Below, one piece after another: positions 1 through 11,446 of a DNA stretch of 64,000 nucleotides. Location: contig NC_043021.1 in the NCBI RefSeq assembly GCF_006345805.1, positions 20,522,001 through 20,586,000 on the forward strand, given 5' to 3'. Positions within the stretch are counted from its first letter, which is position 1. Every line of letters begins with the position of its first letter. Made by a program: the position numbers and the translations under genes. Source of the DNA: Octopus sinensis. Lineage: Eukaryota. Under the pieces are notes generated by a model. That model searched no databases. It was not told where the DNA came from and saw nothing but the letters and a program-made list of their open reading frames with translations.

Positions 1-465
1 GACAAAGAACCTAAATATGTCAATTATAAATCTAATTGTATGTGTTCGCTGATGAATTGGAAATACAAATAGCAGCTCTCTCTTTCACATTACATGGCTG
101 GAATGCTTTTGATCATATATCCATGCCGGTGGAACATAAAAAGTACCAACCAATCATGGCCATTGCCAGCCTCCTCTTGCCCCTGACTTGTGGCACATTT
201 AAATCACCCACTACACTCACAGAGTAGTTGGTGTTAGGAAGGGCATCCAGCTGTAGAAACACTGCCAGATTAGACTGGAGCCTGGTGCAGCCTCCTGGCT
301 TCCCACACCCCAGTCGAACTGTCCAACCCATGCTAGCATGGAAAACAGACCTTAACTATGATGATGATTTACTAGATCATAAACTGGCCTAGGGCTAAAC
401 AACAACAACAACAACAGTCATTATTCATTTATTCTGTAACTTGTAACAACGTTCTTATTGGTATA

Positions 466-852
466 GGCGTAGGAGTGGCTGTGTGGTAAGTAGCTTGCTT
501 ACAAACCACATGGTTCCGTGTTCAGTCCCACTGCGTGGCACCTTGGGCAAGTGTCTTCTACTATAGCCTCGGGCTGACCAAAGCCTTGCGAGTGGATTTG
601 GTAGACGGAAACTGAAAGAAGCCCGTTGTATATGTATGTATATGTATATGTGTGTGTCTGTGTTTGTCCCCCCAACATTGCTTGACAACCGATGCTGGTG
701 TGTCTACATCCCCGTAACTTAGCGGTTCGGCAAAAAGAGACCGATATAATAAGTACTAGGCTTACAAAGAATAAGTCCTGGGGTCGATTTGCTCGACTAA
801 AGGCAGTACTCCAGCATGGCCACAGTCAAATGACTGAAGCAAGTAAAAGAGA
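466..852 (+). mobile_element. SINE family A (tRNA head, CORE-like TTGGGCAAGTGTC, internal (TA)n(TG)n, AAAAGAG tail)
   Basis: A box TGGCTGTGTGG and B box GTTCAGTCCC; more than 25 full or partial copies in the window. Confidence 0.85.
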
Positions 853-1102
853 AAAAAAAAGGGATTGCCCATAACATGTAAAGAGCACCCAGCACCCTCT
901 GTAAAATGGTTGGTGTTATGAAGGGCATGTAATCATAGAAATCATGCTAAAGTGGGCATTGGTGCTTGGTGCAGTCATCTGGCTTGTCAATTCCCGTCAA
1001 GTTGTCTTGCTTGTCAACTCCTGTCAAACATGTCAGCATGGAAGGCAGATGTTAGCGATGATGTGAATGATGTATTTTATTGTATTTGTTTGAGCTCTTG
1101 TA

Positions 1103-1155
<53 letters not shown>

Positions 1156-1177
1156 CACTACTACTACTACTACTATT
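1103..1177. repeat. (TAC)n/(CAC)n microsatellite
   Basis: Direct reading. Confidence 0.9.
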
Positions 1178-1516
1178 CGTTATTGTTGTGTATTCCTTGG
1201 TCAGTTTATGTCCGGTAAATTTATCACCAAAGGATTTCTACATGTGATGAAGTTTGAATTTACATATTATTCAATGTAGAACTACATATTCTCATAGGTC
1301 AAAGAAAGTGCGTGATCTGAGGGAGGTTTGGCTGCTGTTTCTAGCAAGCTGATGTAGTCTAGAGCAGTCACCAGCCAACTTCAGCCCACCTAACAAAAAG
1401 TTACCTTGAATTTCTTTCAGCAGTGGGGGCCCATTTGATGATGAGCCATGTATCACGCAGTAAAGGTTGTCTGTGCTGGGTGTAGAGGTTCCCTCGTGTT
1501 ATACATTTAATTGTTG

Positions 1517-1896
1517 CTGTGTGAAAAGTCTGGCTGCATACACGTTAGCATATGTCAGGTGCATACAATTGACAACACAGTTAATTAAGATTTATTCAGT
1601 GAGTTCTATTCAACATGTGTTTACACGTGGAATCCATTAGATGAAGGCAATTTCAAAGTTTTGGCCGATAAAGTTGAACTGAAAAACCCTACAACGAGGC
1701 ATGAATTGCATGAAGCCGTCTTGCAGTCTTGGGAAGAACTATCTGAGCAGAAAATTTGTGGATGTATTCAACATCAAACTCATGTTCGGCGTCAAATAGT
1801 TGACTGTCGTGGTGGTAACAGATTCGTGTAATAAATTTTGTGTTTATTTTTGTTTCATAATATATTTTTTCGGATGCAGCCAGACTTTTCACACAG
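1517..1896 (+). mobile_element. Non-autonomous Tc1-like element (deletion derivative)
   Basis: TIRs CTGTGTGAAAAGTCTGGCTGCAT / ATGCAGCCAGACTTTTCACACAG. The interior resembles a Tc1 transposase C-terminus. Second copy at about 44838-45221. Confidence 0.7.
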
Positions 1897-2184
1897 AGTT
1901 GACAAGCAAGACAACTTGACGGGAATTGACAAGCCAGATGACTGCACCAAGCACCAATGCCCACTTTAGCATGATTTCTATGATTACATGCCCTTCATAA
2001 CACCAACCATTTTACAGAGGGTGCTGGGTGCTTTTTACATGTTATCGGCAATCTCTTATTTTACTCTTTTACTTGCTTCAGTCATTTGACTGTGGCCATG
2101 CTGGAGCACCGCCTTTAGTCGAGCAAATCGACCCCAGGACTTATTCTTTGTAAGCCTAGTACTCATATTTTATGTTCTTTACAG

Positions 2185-2270
2185 AGCCATCCTGAAGAAC
2201 CGGTGGAGAAATTCTATGACAATGGCAATAAATTTTTCACTATCTTCCCTGATGGAACTGGAAATATTTT
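2185..2270 (+). CDS. FAM194-domain (ERICH6/ERICH6B-like) protein, first in-window exon; gene 5'-partial
   Basis: ttacag|AGC acceptor, TT|gtatcc donor. Encodes SHPEEPVEKFYDNGNKFFTIFPDGTGNI(F). Phase 0 to 2, joins the next exon to give NIFYPSG. Confidence 0.8.
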
Positions 2271-3509
2271 GTATCCTTTTGTCTTCCTTCTCGCATGTCA
2301 CTTAGTCTTATCTCTCTCTCTCTCCATATATGCGTATGTGTGTGTGTGTATGACGGTGTCATGTAAATGGCACTTGTGCTGGTGCCATGTAAAAAGCACC
2401 CTTTACACCCTCAGTGTGGTTGGCATTAGGAATAGAAGACAAGCCAAACCCGCCATAGAACCCATACCAAATCAGACTGGAAGCTGATTCAGCCCTCCTG
2501 CTGAACAGTTCCAGGCAAACCCTCCAACCCATGTCAGCATGGAAAGCAGATGTTAAATGATGATGATGGGGGAAATCGTGTGGAAACAGTCTTGGGGTGC
2601 CCTGGGGGATGACCTAGACAGATAGATAGATTGCTCCAGTCATTTCACTGCGGCCATACTAGGGCACAGCCTTGAAGGGCTTAGTCGAACAAATCAACCC
2701 TAATATTTATTTTTGAAGCCTGGTACTTATTTTATCGGTATCTTTTGCCAAACTAAGTTACAGGAATGTAAACAAACCAACACCAATTGTCAACTAGTAG
2801 TGGGGTACAGACACAAATAACTTCATTAGCTTAGTGTCTGCTATGAGATGCAGTGGACGAGTGCTTGAGTTCACACCTTATTGATTCAAAATATGAGTAC
2901 ATGTATATTTTTATTAATATTTAGCAGAAGCAACAGAGTGACTCAAGGGCCTAGAGTTTCGTGCATTGTCACACAAAACTCTCAGCTTTTGAATCACTCT
3001 GTTGCTTCTGCTAAATGTTAATGGAAATAAATATAGTGGCTGTGTGGTAAGAAGCTTGCGTCTCAACCACATGGTTCCGGGTTCAGTGCCACTTTGTGGC
3101 ACCTTTGGTAGGTGTGTCTTCTACTATAGCCTCAAGTCAACTAAAGCCTTGTGAGTGGATATGGTAGAGGAAACTGAAAGAAGCCTATCTAAGTGGTTTT
3201 AGAGTCAAGTTTTGACTGCTATTTCCAGCATGGTGGTATCTCTTAGATACCCTAAATTATAATTTATATATGTATATATATATATGCTTGTGTGTTTGTG
3301 TTTGTCCCCCCCACCATCACTTGACAATGGATGTTGGTGTGTTTACGTCCCCATAACCTAGCTGTTTGGCAAAAGAGACTGATAGAATAAGTGCTAGGCT
3401 TACAAAGAACAAATCCTGGAGTCAATTTATTCGACTAAAAGATGGTGCTCCAGCGTGGCCATAGTCAAAAGACTGAAACAAGTAAAAGAGTATATATATA
3501 TATATTTTG

Positions 3510-3757
3510 AAAACAACTTTCTTCACCCTTTTCCTTCCGGTCTTTCAAAATGTGACCTCGTGTGTACCGTTGGCGATTTTTTTTCCTCTGTCTTCCCTTC
3601 TCTTGATCTTTCCTTCTCCTATGTTTCCGACGAAGAGCTCCGCTCGAAACGTTAAACCCTCCTTCTTTCCTTCTTTCCTGAATGTCCAATAATACTATAT
3701 TTGTTCCACGTCCTCACGTTGTTGTGGTTTTTGTGCTTTCTTGTTTGGATTAACTAT
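3510..3757 (+). mobile_element. Penelope-like pseudo-LTR with hammerhead-like motif
   Basis: Abuts (TA)n and contains GTTT-CCGACGA-A-GAGC-TCC-GCTC-GAAAC-GTT-AAAC; same family at 22835-23145. Confidence 0.6.
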
Positions 3758-3763
3758 ATATAT

Positions 3764-3805
<42 letters not shown>

Positions 3806-4028
3806 CCATCACTCAGTCCACTTCGAGGGGTGGTTGGTGTTTGGAAGGGCACCCAGCCGTTAAAACGGAAGTCTGGTGCAGTCTTCTACCTGGCCACCTC
3901 CTGTCAAACTGTCCAACCCATGCCAGCATGGAAGGCAGACATCAAACGAGGATAATGATGATGACTAAGTGTCTGCCCTCCATGCTAACACAGACACTCT
4001 CTCTTTCTCTCTTTCCATATATCCATCT

Positions 4029-4325
4029 TGTAGTGTGATGGAGGAGAAGGACAACAGAAAAAGAAGCAATGAGAGAACGAAATATAAAAGGCCTTACCTC
4101 GGCGAAATCAGCAGTCTCTCTCACGAATTCAAAATGTCTTGTCGCTCTGCGCTCTTTGCTGGAACTGACCACACGTGCTTGCTGACCACGCGTGCTTCCT
4201 GCTCATGCATGTCCCTTTCACTCTTCCACTAGCCCCTGCAATCCTTACTTCCGCCCACCTCATCTGTCATCCTCTCCACCAACACCACATAGCTCATCAC
4301 AACCCATAACACCGCTAACACCACA
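4029..4325. mobile_element. Solo LTR
   Basis: TGTAGTG...CACCACA termini with 5-bp TSD CATCT on both sides; homologous to 44398-44664. Confidence 0.7.
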
Positions 4326-4494
4326 CATCTATTTATACACATGCACATACAGAGAGAGAGAGAGGGGCAGATAGACAAACAGTGAATTTTAAAGCTGATT
4401 TACTCTTGTGAAAAGTTTTATTTCTCCTCTGTGGTCTCTTGAGTAATTTCTATCCGTTATCTAACGATCAACAACTTTTCCTCAACAACTGTAG

Positions 4495-4650
4495 TTATCC
4501 GTCAGGCAAACTGGCCATTCTGATCAGTTCCACCTTGCCTTATCATTTCACTTATATAGTATATGGAGAAGTCGGCAGAAAGCAACAAGTGATGGCAGTG
4601 TTTGAACATACAGGATATGGCACGTGTTATCATCCAAATGGTAATGTCAG
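4495..4650 (+). CDS. FAM194-domain protein exon
   Basis: ctgtag|T acceptor, AG|gtgggt donor. YPSGKLAILISSTLPYHFTYIVYGEVGRKQQVMAVFEHTGYGTCYHPNGNVR matches the FYPSG..LAI / G.GTCYHPNG motifs I recall for the FAM194 family. Confidence 0.85.
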
Positions 4651-5053
4651 GTGGGTTTTTTTTATTATATTCTTTTCTTTATATATGATGCAGGCATGGC
4701 TGTGTGGTAAGAAGTTTGCTTCTCCATTACATGGTTTCGAGTTCAGTCCCACAGCATGGCACTTTGGGCAAGTATCTCCTACTACGTGAGGGGGTGCTGA
4801 AGAGTTCCTGGCTTTGGGTAAAAGAAAATAAGGGAGGATCAGTTAGTTATGATTTTATTCAACATATTCCCCTCTCAGATTCACATGCTTATTGCAGGGG
4901 TCCCTCAGTTTTTCTAAGCCCTATAAAAGAAGATGGAAATATGGGCCCTCAACCAGGCCTTTTGAGATACCCTTAAAACTAGAAACTTTTCAGCATCTCC
5001 TCATAACCCTGGGTTGATCAACTTATTTGGTAGTTACAGGCTGTTGCATATAT

Positions 5054-5098
<45 letters not shown>

Positions 5099-5423
5099 TG
5101 TTATTTGTGTTTGTACCCCACTACTAGTTGACAATTGGTGTTGGTTTGTTTACATTCCTGTAACTTAGTTTGGCAAAAGATACCGATAAAATAAGTACCA
5201 GGCTTTAAAAATAAATATTAGGGTTGATTTGTTCGACTAAGCCCTTCAAGGTTGTGCCCTAGTATGGCCGCAGTCAAATGACTGGAGCAATCTATCTATC
5301 TGTCTAGGTCATCCCCCAGGGCACCCCAAGACTGTTTCCGCACGTTTTCCCCACTCATCTCGATCTTCCATTAAGGTCCTCAGCTCCTGTACACCTTCCA
5401 TACCCGTATCCTCCAGCAAGTTG

Positions 5424-5662
5424 TCAATATAGGTGGCGAGCTGTCAGAAACGTTTGCACGCCGGGCGAAATGCTTAGCAGTATTTCGTCTGCCATTACGT
5501 TCTGAGTTCAAATTCCGCCAAAGTCGACTTTGCCTTTCATCCTTTCGGGGTCGATAAATAAAGTACCAGTTTTGCACTGGGGTCGATGTAATCGACTTAA
5601 TCCCTTTGTCTGTCCTTGTTTGTTCCCTCTGTGTTTAGCCCCTTGTGGGCAATAAAGAAATA
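5424..5662 (+). mobile_element. SINE family B (GGCGAGCTGGCAGA...GAGTTCAAATTCCGCC...TTTGCCTTTCATCCTTTCGGGGTCGATAAA...AAAGAAATA)
   Basis: tRNA-like A/B boxes; about 20 copies or fragments in the window. Confidence 0.8.
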
Positions 5663-5795
5663 GATGTAGGTCATCTCCCTCCTTCCTCTCTTGGTTCTTC
5701 CTTCCGTTGGTTGCCAGAGCTCTAGCTTGTTAGCAATTTCATCAGTATGTCTGATGCAGTGTCCAGCTAGCCTCATCCTTCTATGCTGAAGCAAA
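5663..5795 (-). mobile_element. RTE LINE remnant
   Basis: RRMRLAGHCIRHTDEIANKLELWQPTEGRTKRGRREMTYI, an RTE C-terminal motif. Confidence 0.7.
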
Positions 5796-6134
5796 TAAAG
5801 GATAAAAGGTAAATGATGGCCATAATCAGAGGAGGAAAACAACACTTGGGATTTTTTTTTTGAGGCGGAGCCTCCAGGGATATGGGGAGTGGGGTGAAAG
5901 ATGATAATAGAACTTGACTCATGAGTCACTGCAGTAGAAAGCATTGTATCCAAGTATCAAATTATGTTCACACTAGGGACCTGGTACAAAAGCTTGCAAC
6001 AGAATAGATGTCACTATTGGCAGATGATGGTGTTAAACTGTGAGTTTTTATAACAATCATGGGCAACAAGCGGCCCATAGGACTTGCTGAATGGTATGTC
6101 CTGATTAAAAAATTATCTTGAAATTTTTTAGTAA

Positions 6135-6540
6135 GGCGCAGGAGTGGCTGTGTGGTAAGTAGCTTGCTAACCAACCATATGGTTCTGGGTTCAGTCCCAC
6201 TGCGTGGCATCTTGGGCAAGTGTCTTCTGCTATAGCCCCAGGCCAACCAATGCCTTGAGTGGATTTGGTAGACGGAAACTGAAAGAAGCCTGTCGTATAT
6301 ATGTATATATATGTATATGTGTGTCTGTGTTTGTCCCCCTAGCATTGCTTGACAACCGATGCTGGTGTGTTTACGTCCCCATCACTTAGCGGTTCGGCAA
6401 AAGTGACCGATAGAATAAGTACTGGGCTTACAAAGAATAAGTCCCGGGGTCGAGTTGCTCAACTAAAGGCGGTGCTCCAGCATGGCCGCAGTCAAATGAC
6501 TGAAACAAGCAAGAGAGTAAAAGAGTAAAAAGAGTAAGGA
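6135..6540 (+). mobile_element. SINE family A
   Basis: Full-length match to the family consensus. Confidence 0.85.
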
Positions 6541-7515
6541 GTAAGTGAGGCATAACTGATGATGAGCCATGTCTCATGTGGCCTGCTTCCCAAAAAAGAT
6601 AGTTTGTGCCCTGCTTTCTGTAGTTTTTCACCTGCCAGATGCATCAATCATAATTTCCTTAAATCATTCCCTCCCCTCTTACAAAATATATTAGGTAATG
6701 TAATAAGGCAGCAAGGTGGCACAATCATTAGCATATTGGGAAAAATGCTTAGTGGCGTTCTGTTCGTCTTTATGTTCTGAGTTCAAATCCTACTGAGGTT
6801 GACTTTGCCTTTCATTCTTTCGGAGCTGGTAAAATAACTATCATTTGATTACTGGGGTCGATGTAATCGAATAGACTCCTCCCTAAAAATTTTCGGGCCA
6901 TTGCCAGCCTTCCCTGGCACCTGTGCCAGTGGCACGTAAAAAGCACCCACTACACTCACGGAGTAGCTGGCGTTAGGAAGGGCATCCAGCTGTAGAAACA
7001 CTGCCAGATCAGACTGAAGCCTGGTGCAGCCTCCTGGCTTCCCAGACCCCCAGTTGAACCGTCCAACCCATGCTAGCATGGAAAGCGGACGTTAAACGAT
7101 GATGATGATTGATGATGTAGTCATACAAACATCTGAAACAATGAGATGGTTATGACTGGAAACCCTTTGATGACATGCCTGCTCTGGCATGGTTAGCCTA
7201 GGGTTGAACAACAACATGCAACTTTATTTTTACCCAGTTATAAAAAAAGTTTTGCAAATCTGGCAACTCTGTAGCTATGACTATAAAAGATAAAACAAAA
7301 CATAAAGCTTCTCCCCAAGTCATATAGACTCATAAAGCTGGTTTCCTGCTTTCTGTGGTGTATATATTCCCCCTGGATGAGGTGCTAGTCCATTGTAGGA
7401 CTACTCATTTTTATCAGCTGGAGCAACATGAAGTGTTTCACCCAAGAACGCAATGCATCACCCAGTTCAGGAATCAAAACCTCAACCTTATAATCATAAG
7501 TGCAACACCCTAACC

Positions 7516-7716
7516 CAGTGGTTTTCAACCAGGGTTCCGCCAGTACAGTCCAGGGGTTCCGCAAGAAGTTACAAAACTGCTAAACTCAGCAGTAATTTTT
7601 AAGTCTTCTGTGCAGATATGTGTGCATAAGACTATTAAATTATTTCACAGGGGTTCCTCAAGCCAGTGGAATATTTCCTTGGGGTTCCACTCCAGCAAAA
7701 AGTTTGAAAAGCACTG
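7516..7716. mobile_element. hAT (Charlie-like) MITE
   Basis: CAGTGGTTTTCAA...TTGAAAAGCACTG TIRs; 8-bp TSD CCCTAACC. Confidence 0.85.
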
Positions 7717-7795
7717 CCCTAACCACTCAGCCACAACTGCAACCTAGTATTTCTAGATTCTGCAAAATTCATGCAAATTTTTCTCTTTTCCGCAG

Positions 7796-8018
7796 ATTGT
7801 ACATTGACCCCGCTGGGGGTGTGGAAATGAGCCCTGCAGGGTCATGTCGTAAGAAGTGGCTGTGGAAAGACCTCCAATGCCATGCCCCTCCACTTCAGCC
7901 TATCTTCATCCATCTAAACAGATTCATTGGTATGAAAGTGCTGTCCCAGCAGAACATTCAGTTGACCATCACTTTTCGAAGATTCAGCTGTCGTATGAAC
8001 CTTGGAGTCTACATGAAA
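7796..8018 (+). CDS. FAM194-domain protein exon
   Basis: ccgcag|A acceptor, AAA|gtaagt donor. LYIDPAGG...RKKWLWKDLQCHAPPLQPIFIHLNRFIGMKVLSQQNIQLT...RMNLGVYMK matches the W.W...HAPP.QPI segment of ERICH6-like proteins. Confidence 0.85.
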
Positions 8019-8550
8019 GTAAGTAATGCATCTTACCTTGCAGAACTGAACGTGCAATATCTGAGCAACTTGCTGCAAAAATATATGGTATTATGACAAA
8101 GAACCTAAATATGTCAATTATAAATATAATTGTAAGCGTTCGCTGATGAATTGGAAATACAAATAGCAGCTCTCTCTTTCACATTACATGGCTGGAATGC
8201 TTTTGATCATATATCCGTGCCAGTGGCACATAAAAAGATAGTGATTCTTAACCGTTTTAATATCCAGGCCAGTTCTCAAACCCGGATTTTTTAGTGGGCC
8301 ACACCATGACTGGCATCCATGCTAGTGGAGTGCTAAGAGTACCATCCGAGTGTGATCGTTGCCAGAGCAACAAACTGGTTTCCATGCCAGTGGCACGTAA
8401 AAAGCACCATTCAAGCATGATTGTTACCTGGACTGGAGCAATGTGAAAAATAAAGTGTCTTGCTCAAGGACACAACGCATTGCCGGGAACTGAACTCATG
8501 ACCTTACGATCATGAGCCGCATGCCCTAACCACTAAGCCACATACATCAT

Positions 8551-8595
<45 letters not shown>

Positions 8596-8672
8596 TACAT
8601 ACAGAGAGTAAGTAAGTGAGTGCAAAACACCCTGCTGACTGTAATGCTCCATAAAATGAAATGCTAATTTTT

Positions 8673-8839
8673 TAGGCACAGGAGTGGCTGTGTGGTAAGT
8701 AGCTTGCTTACCAACCTCATGGTTCCGGGTTCAGTCCCACTGCGTGGCATCTCGGGCAAGTGTCTTCTGCTATAGCCCCAGGCCGACCAATGCCTTGTGA
8801 GTGGATTTGGTAGACGGAAACTGAAAGAAGCCTGTTGTA

Positions 8840-8910
<71 letters not shown>

Positions 8911-9130
8911 ATGTGTGTGTGTTTGTGTGTGTGTGTTTGTCCCCCTAGCATGCTTGACAACTGATGCTGGTGTGTTTACATCCCCGTCACTTAGTGGTTT
9001 GGCAAAAGAGACCGATAGAATAAGTACTGGGCTTACAAAAGAATAAGTCCTGGGGTTGATTTGCTCGACTAAAGGCGGTGCTCCAGCATGGCTGCAGTCA
9101 AATGACTGAAACAAGTAAAAGAGTAAAAGA
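8673..9130 (+). mobile_element. SINE family A
   Basis: Full-length, expanded microsatellite core. Confidence 0.85.
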
Positions 9131-9497
9131 GAGAGTGATCCTGTACCAAATGATCTACAGCCCTGTACTTGCCTGTGGCCTGGTGGTTGCAGACCTCTGC
9201 CATACCTTATAACATCATAGCTGTACTCTAGAAAATATCCCATATGTTCCTTACAGTATGACATCTTAGCTATACCCTTGGAAATATTTTATCTGTCCCT
9301 AACAGTATAACATTATATATGTATTCTAGAAAGTATCTCATTCGTTCCTTATCCTATAACATCATAGATGTACCCTAGCAAATGTCCTGTCTGTCCCTTG
9401 CAATATAATTTTATAGCTGTTTCCTACAATACACCCTACTTGTCCCTGACAAGACCTCATACGTGTCCACTACAATATATCTTATTTATTTATACTT

Positions 9498-9905
9498 TTT
9501 TATTTCTTTATTGCCCACAAGGGGCTAAACATAGAGGGGACAAACAAGGACAGACAAAAGGATTAAGTCGATTACATCGACCCCAGTGTGTAACTGGTAC
9601 TTATTTAATCGATCCCGAAAGGATGAAAGGCAAAGTTGACCTCAGCGGAATTTGAACACAGAACGTAACGACAGACGAAATACCTATTTCTTTACTACCC
9701 ACAAGGGGCTAAACATAGAGGGGACAGACAAGGACAGACAAAAGGATTAAGTCGATTACATCAACCCCAGTGTGTAACTGGTACTTATTTAATTGACCTC
9801 GAAAGGATGAAAGGCAAAGTCGACCTCAGCAGAATTTGAACTCAGAACGTAACCGCAGACAAAATACCGCTAGGCAGTTCGCCCGGCCTGCTAACGATTG
9901 TGCCA
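9498..9905 (-). mobile_element. SINE family B, tandem 1.7-mer
   Basis: Two head-to-tail copies joined at AAAGAAATAGGTATTTCGTCTG. Confidence 0.8.
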
Positions 9906-10087
9906 GTTCACCACACTTATTTATTTACACTTTTACAATATTACTTTGTTAACTGCTCCCAAAAATATGTGCTCTCTGCCCCTTACAAAACAACCTTATA
10001 AGTGTCCCCTCCAACATAACCTCACTCCTCTGTGCAAAGAGCCCTCAAAGAACCTTCTTCAATCTATTTTCTCTGTATACCTTACAG

Positions 10088-10164
10088 CCAGTAGCAGTGT
10101 CAAAGTGGGTCCCACTTGTGGACGAACATTCTTTGTACTTGGAAGATAAAAGAAATGAAATCGA
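10088..10164 (+). CDS. FAM194-domain protein exon
   Basis: cttacag|CCA acceptor, GA|gtaagt donor. PVAVSKWVPLVDEHSLYLEDKRNEI(E); phase 0 to 2 exactly bridges the flanking exons. Confidence 0.75.
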
Positions 10165-10291
10165 GTAAGTGACATATTATTGTTTTATTCTTTCACTGGT
10201 TCCAGCCAGTTGGCAGCAGCCATGCTGGGGCACTGCTGTCATCATCATCATCATCAGCATCGGGATCATGATCATCATCCTTATTGTTTAA

Positions 10292-10511
10292 CCCTTTCGT
10301 TCCCGTATTTATTTTGAGATACTCTGTGTTTCTTTCAATTACTTTAAATATAACAAAGAATTTAGTAAAATAACTTAGTTATCATTAAGCTAGTATTAGG
10401 AACATAAATTGTGACTAAGGTTTGGTGGAAGATTTTAATTCAAAATTTATGAAAACAAGACATTTGTACTCAGAGCCAGAGCCAGTTTCAGCCGGGTTGG
10501 TATCGAAAGGG
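10292..10511. mobile_element. piggyBac-like MITE
   Basis: TTAA|CCCTTTCG...CGAAAGGG|TTAA. Confidence 0.8.
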
Positions 10512-10949
10512 TTAAACATCCACTTTCCCGTGCATGTAGGCGTCCGGTGGGTGAACTGAGCCGTGATGTCCTTCTCCCAACTCCACTTCGCAACTGGCGG
10601 AAATGGTACTTAATTTATCAACCCCGAAAGGATGAAAGGCAAAATCGACCTGTGCGGAATTTGAACTCAGAACGTGAAGGCAGACGAAATACCTATTTCT
10701 TTACTACCCACAAGGGGCTAAACACAGAGAGGACAGACAAGGACTGACAAACGGATTAAGTCGATTGCATCGACCCCAGTGTGTAACTGGTACTTAATTT
10801 ATCGACCCCGAAAGGATGAAAGCAAAGTCGACCTCGGTGTAATTTGAACTCAGAACGTAGCGGCAGACAAAATTTCACTAAGCATTTCGCCTGGCGTGCT
10901 AACATTTCTGCCAGCTAGCTGCCTTATTTCTGTTGAAGGAAACTTTTTA

Positions 10950-11375
10950 CCACATCATCATCATCATCATCATCGTTTAGCATCCGCTTTCCTTGCTAGC
11001 ATGGGTTGGACGGTTCAACTGGGGTCTGGGAAGCCAGAAGGCTGCACCAGGCCCAGTCTGATCTGGCAGTGTTTCTACAGCTGGATGCCCTTCCTAACGC
11101 CATCCACTCCGTGAGTGTAGTGGGTGCTTTTTATGTGCCACCGACACAGGTGCCAGACGAGGCTGGCGAACGGCCACGCTTGGATGGTGCTTTTTACGTG
11201 CCACCGGCACGGAGGCCAGGCGAGGCTGGCACGGCCACGATCGGATGGTGTTTGTTACGTGCCACCAGCACAGAGGCCAGTCGATGCGGTGCTGGCTATG
11301 GCCACGTTCGGATGGTTCTCTTATGTGCCACCGGCACTGGTACCACAATCTACAAATTCCATTGATGTTGATCGA
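10950..11375 (-). mobile_element. Repeat family C ((GAT)n-tailed, RTE-type tail, repeated GTGCCGGTGGCACGTAAAAAGCACC modules)
   Basis: Tail ...CCCATGCTAGCATGGAAAGCGGACGTTAAACGATGATGAT. Other copies at about 120-365, 6900-7110, 20570-20930, 25930-26285, 45720-45895, 48010-48328, 57075-57347 and 57785-58050. Confidence 0.75.
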
Positions 11376-11446
11376 TGGAATTTATGAAAAATAACAAATG
11401 GTTTACTTCGGTGATATTTTAACTTGTCTTTTCTGTATCTTTCCAG

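Noticed and set aside
455-874. Recurrent ORFs such as ...RHLPKVPRSGTEPGTMW... and ...LKAVLQHGRSQMTETSK (dozens of copies)
   Set aside because: Translations of SINE family A in various frames, not genes.
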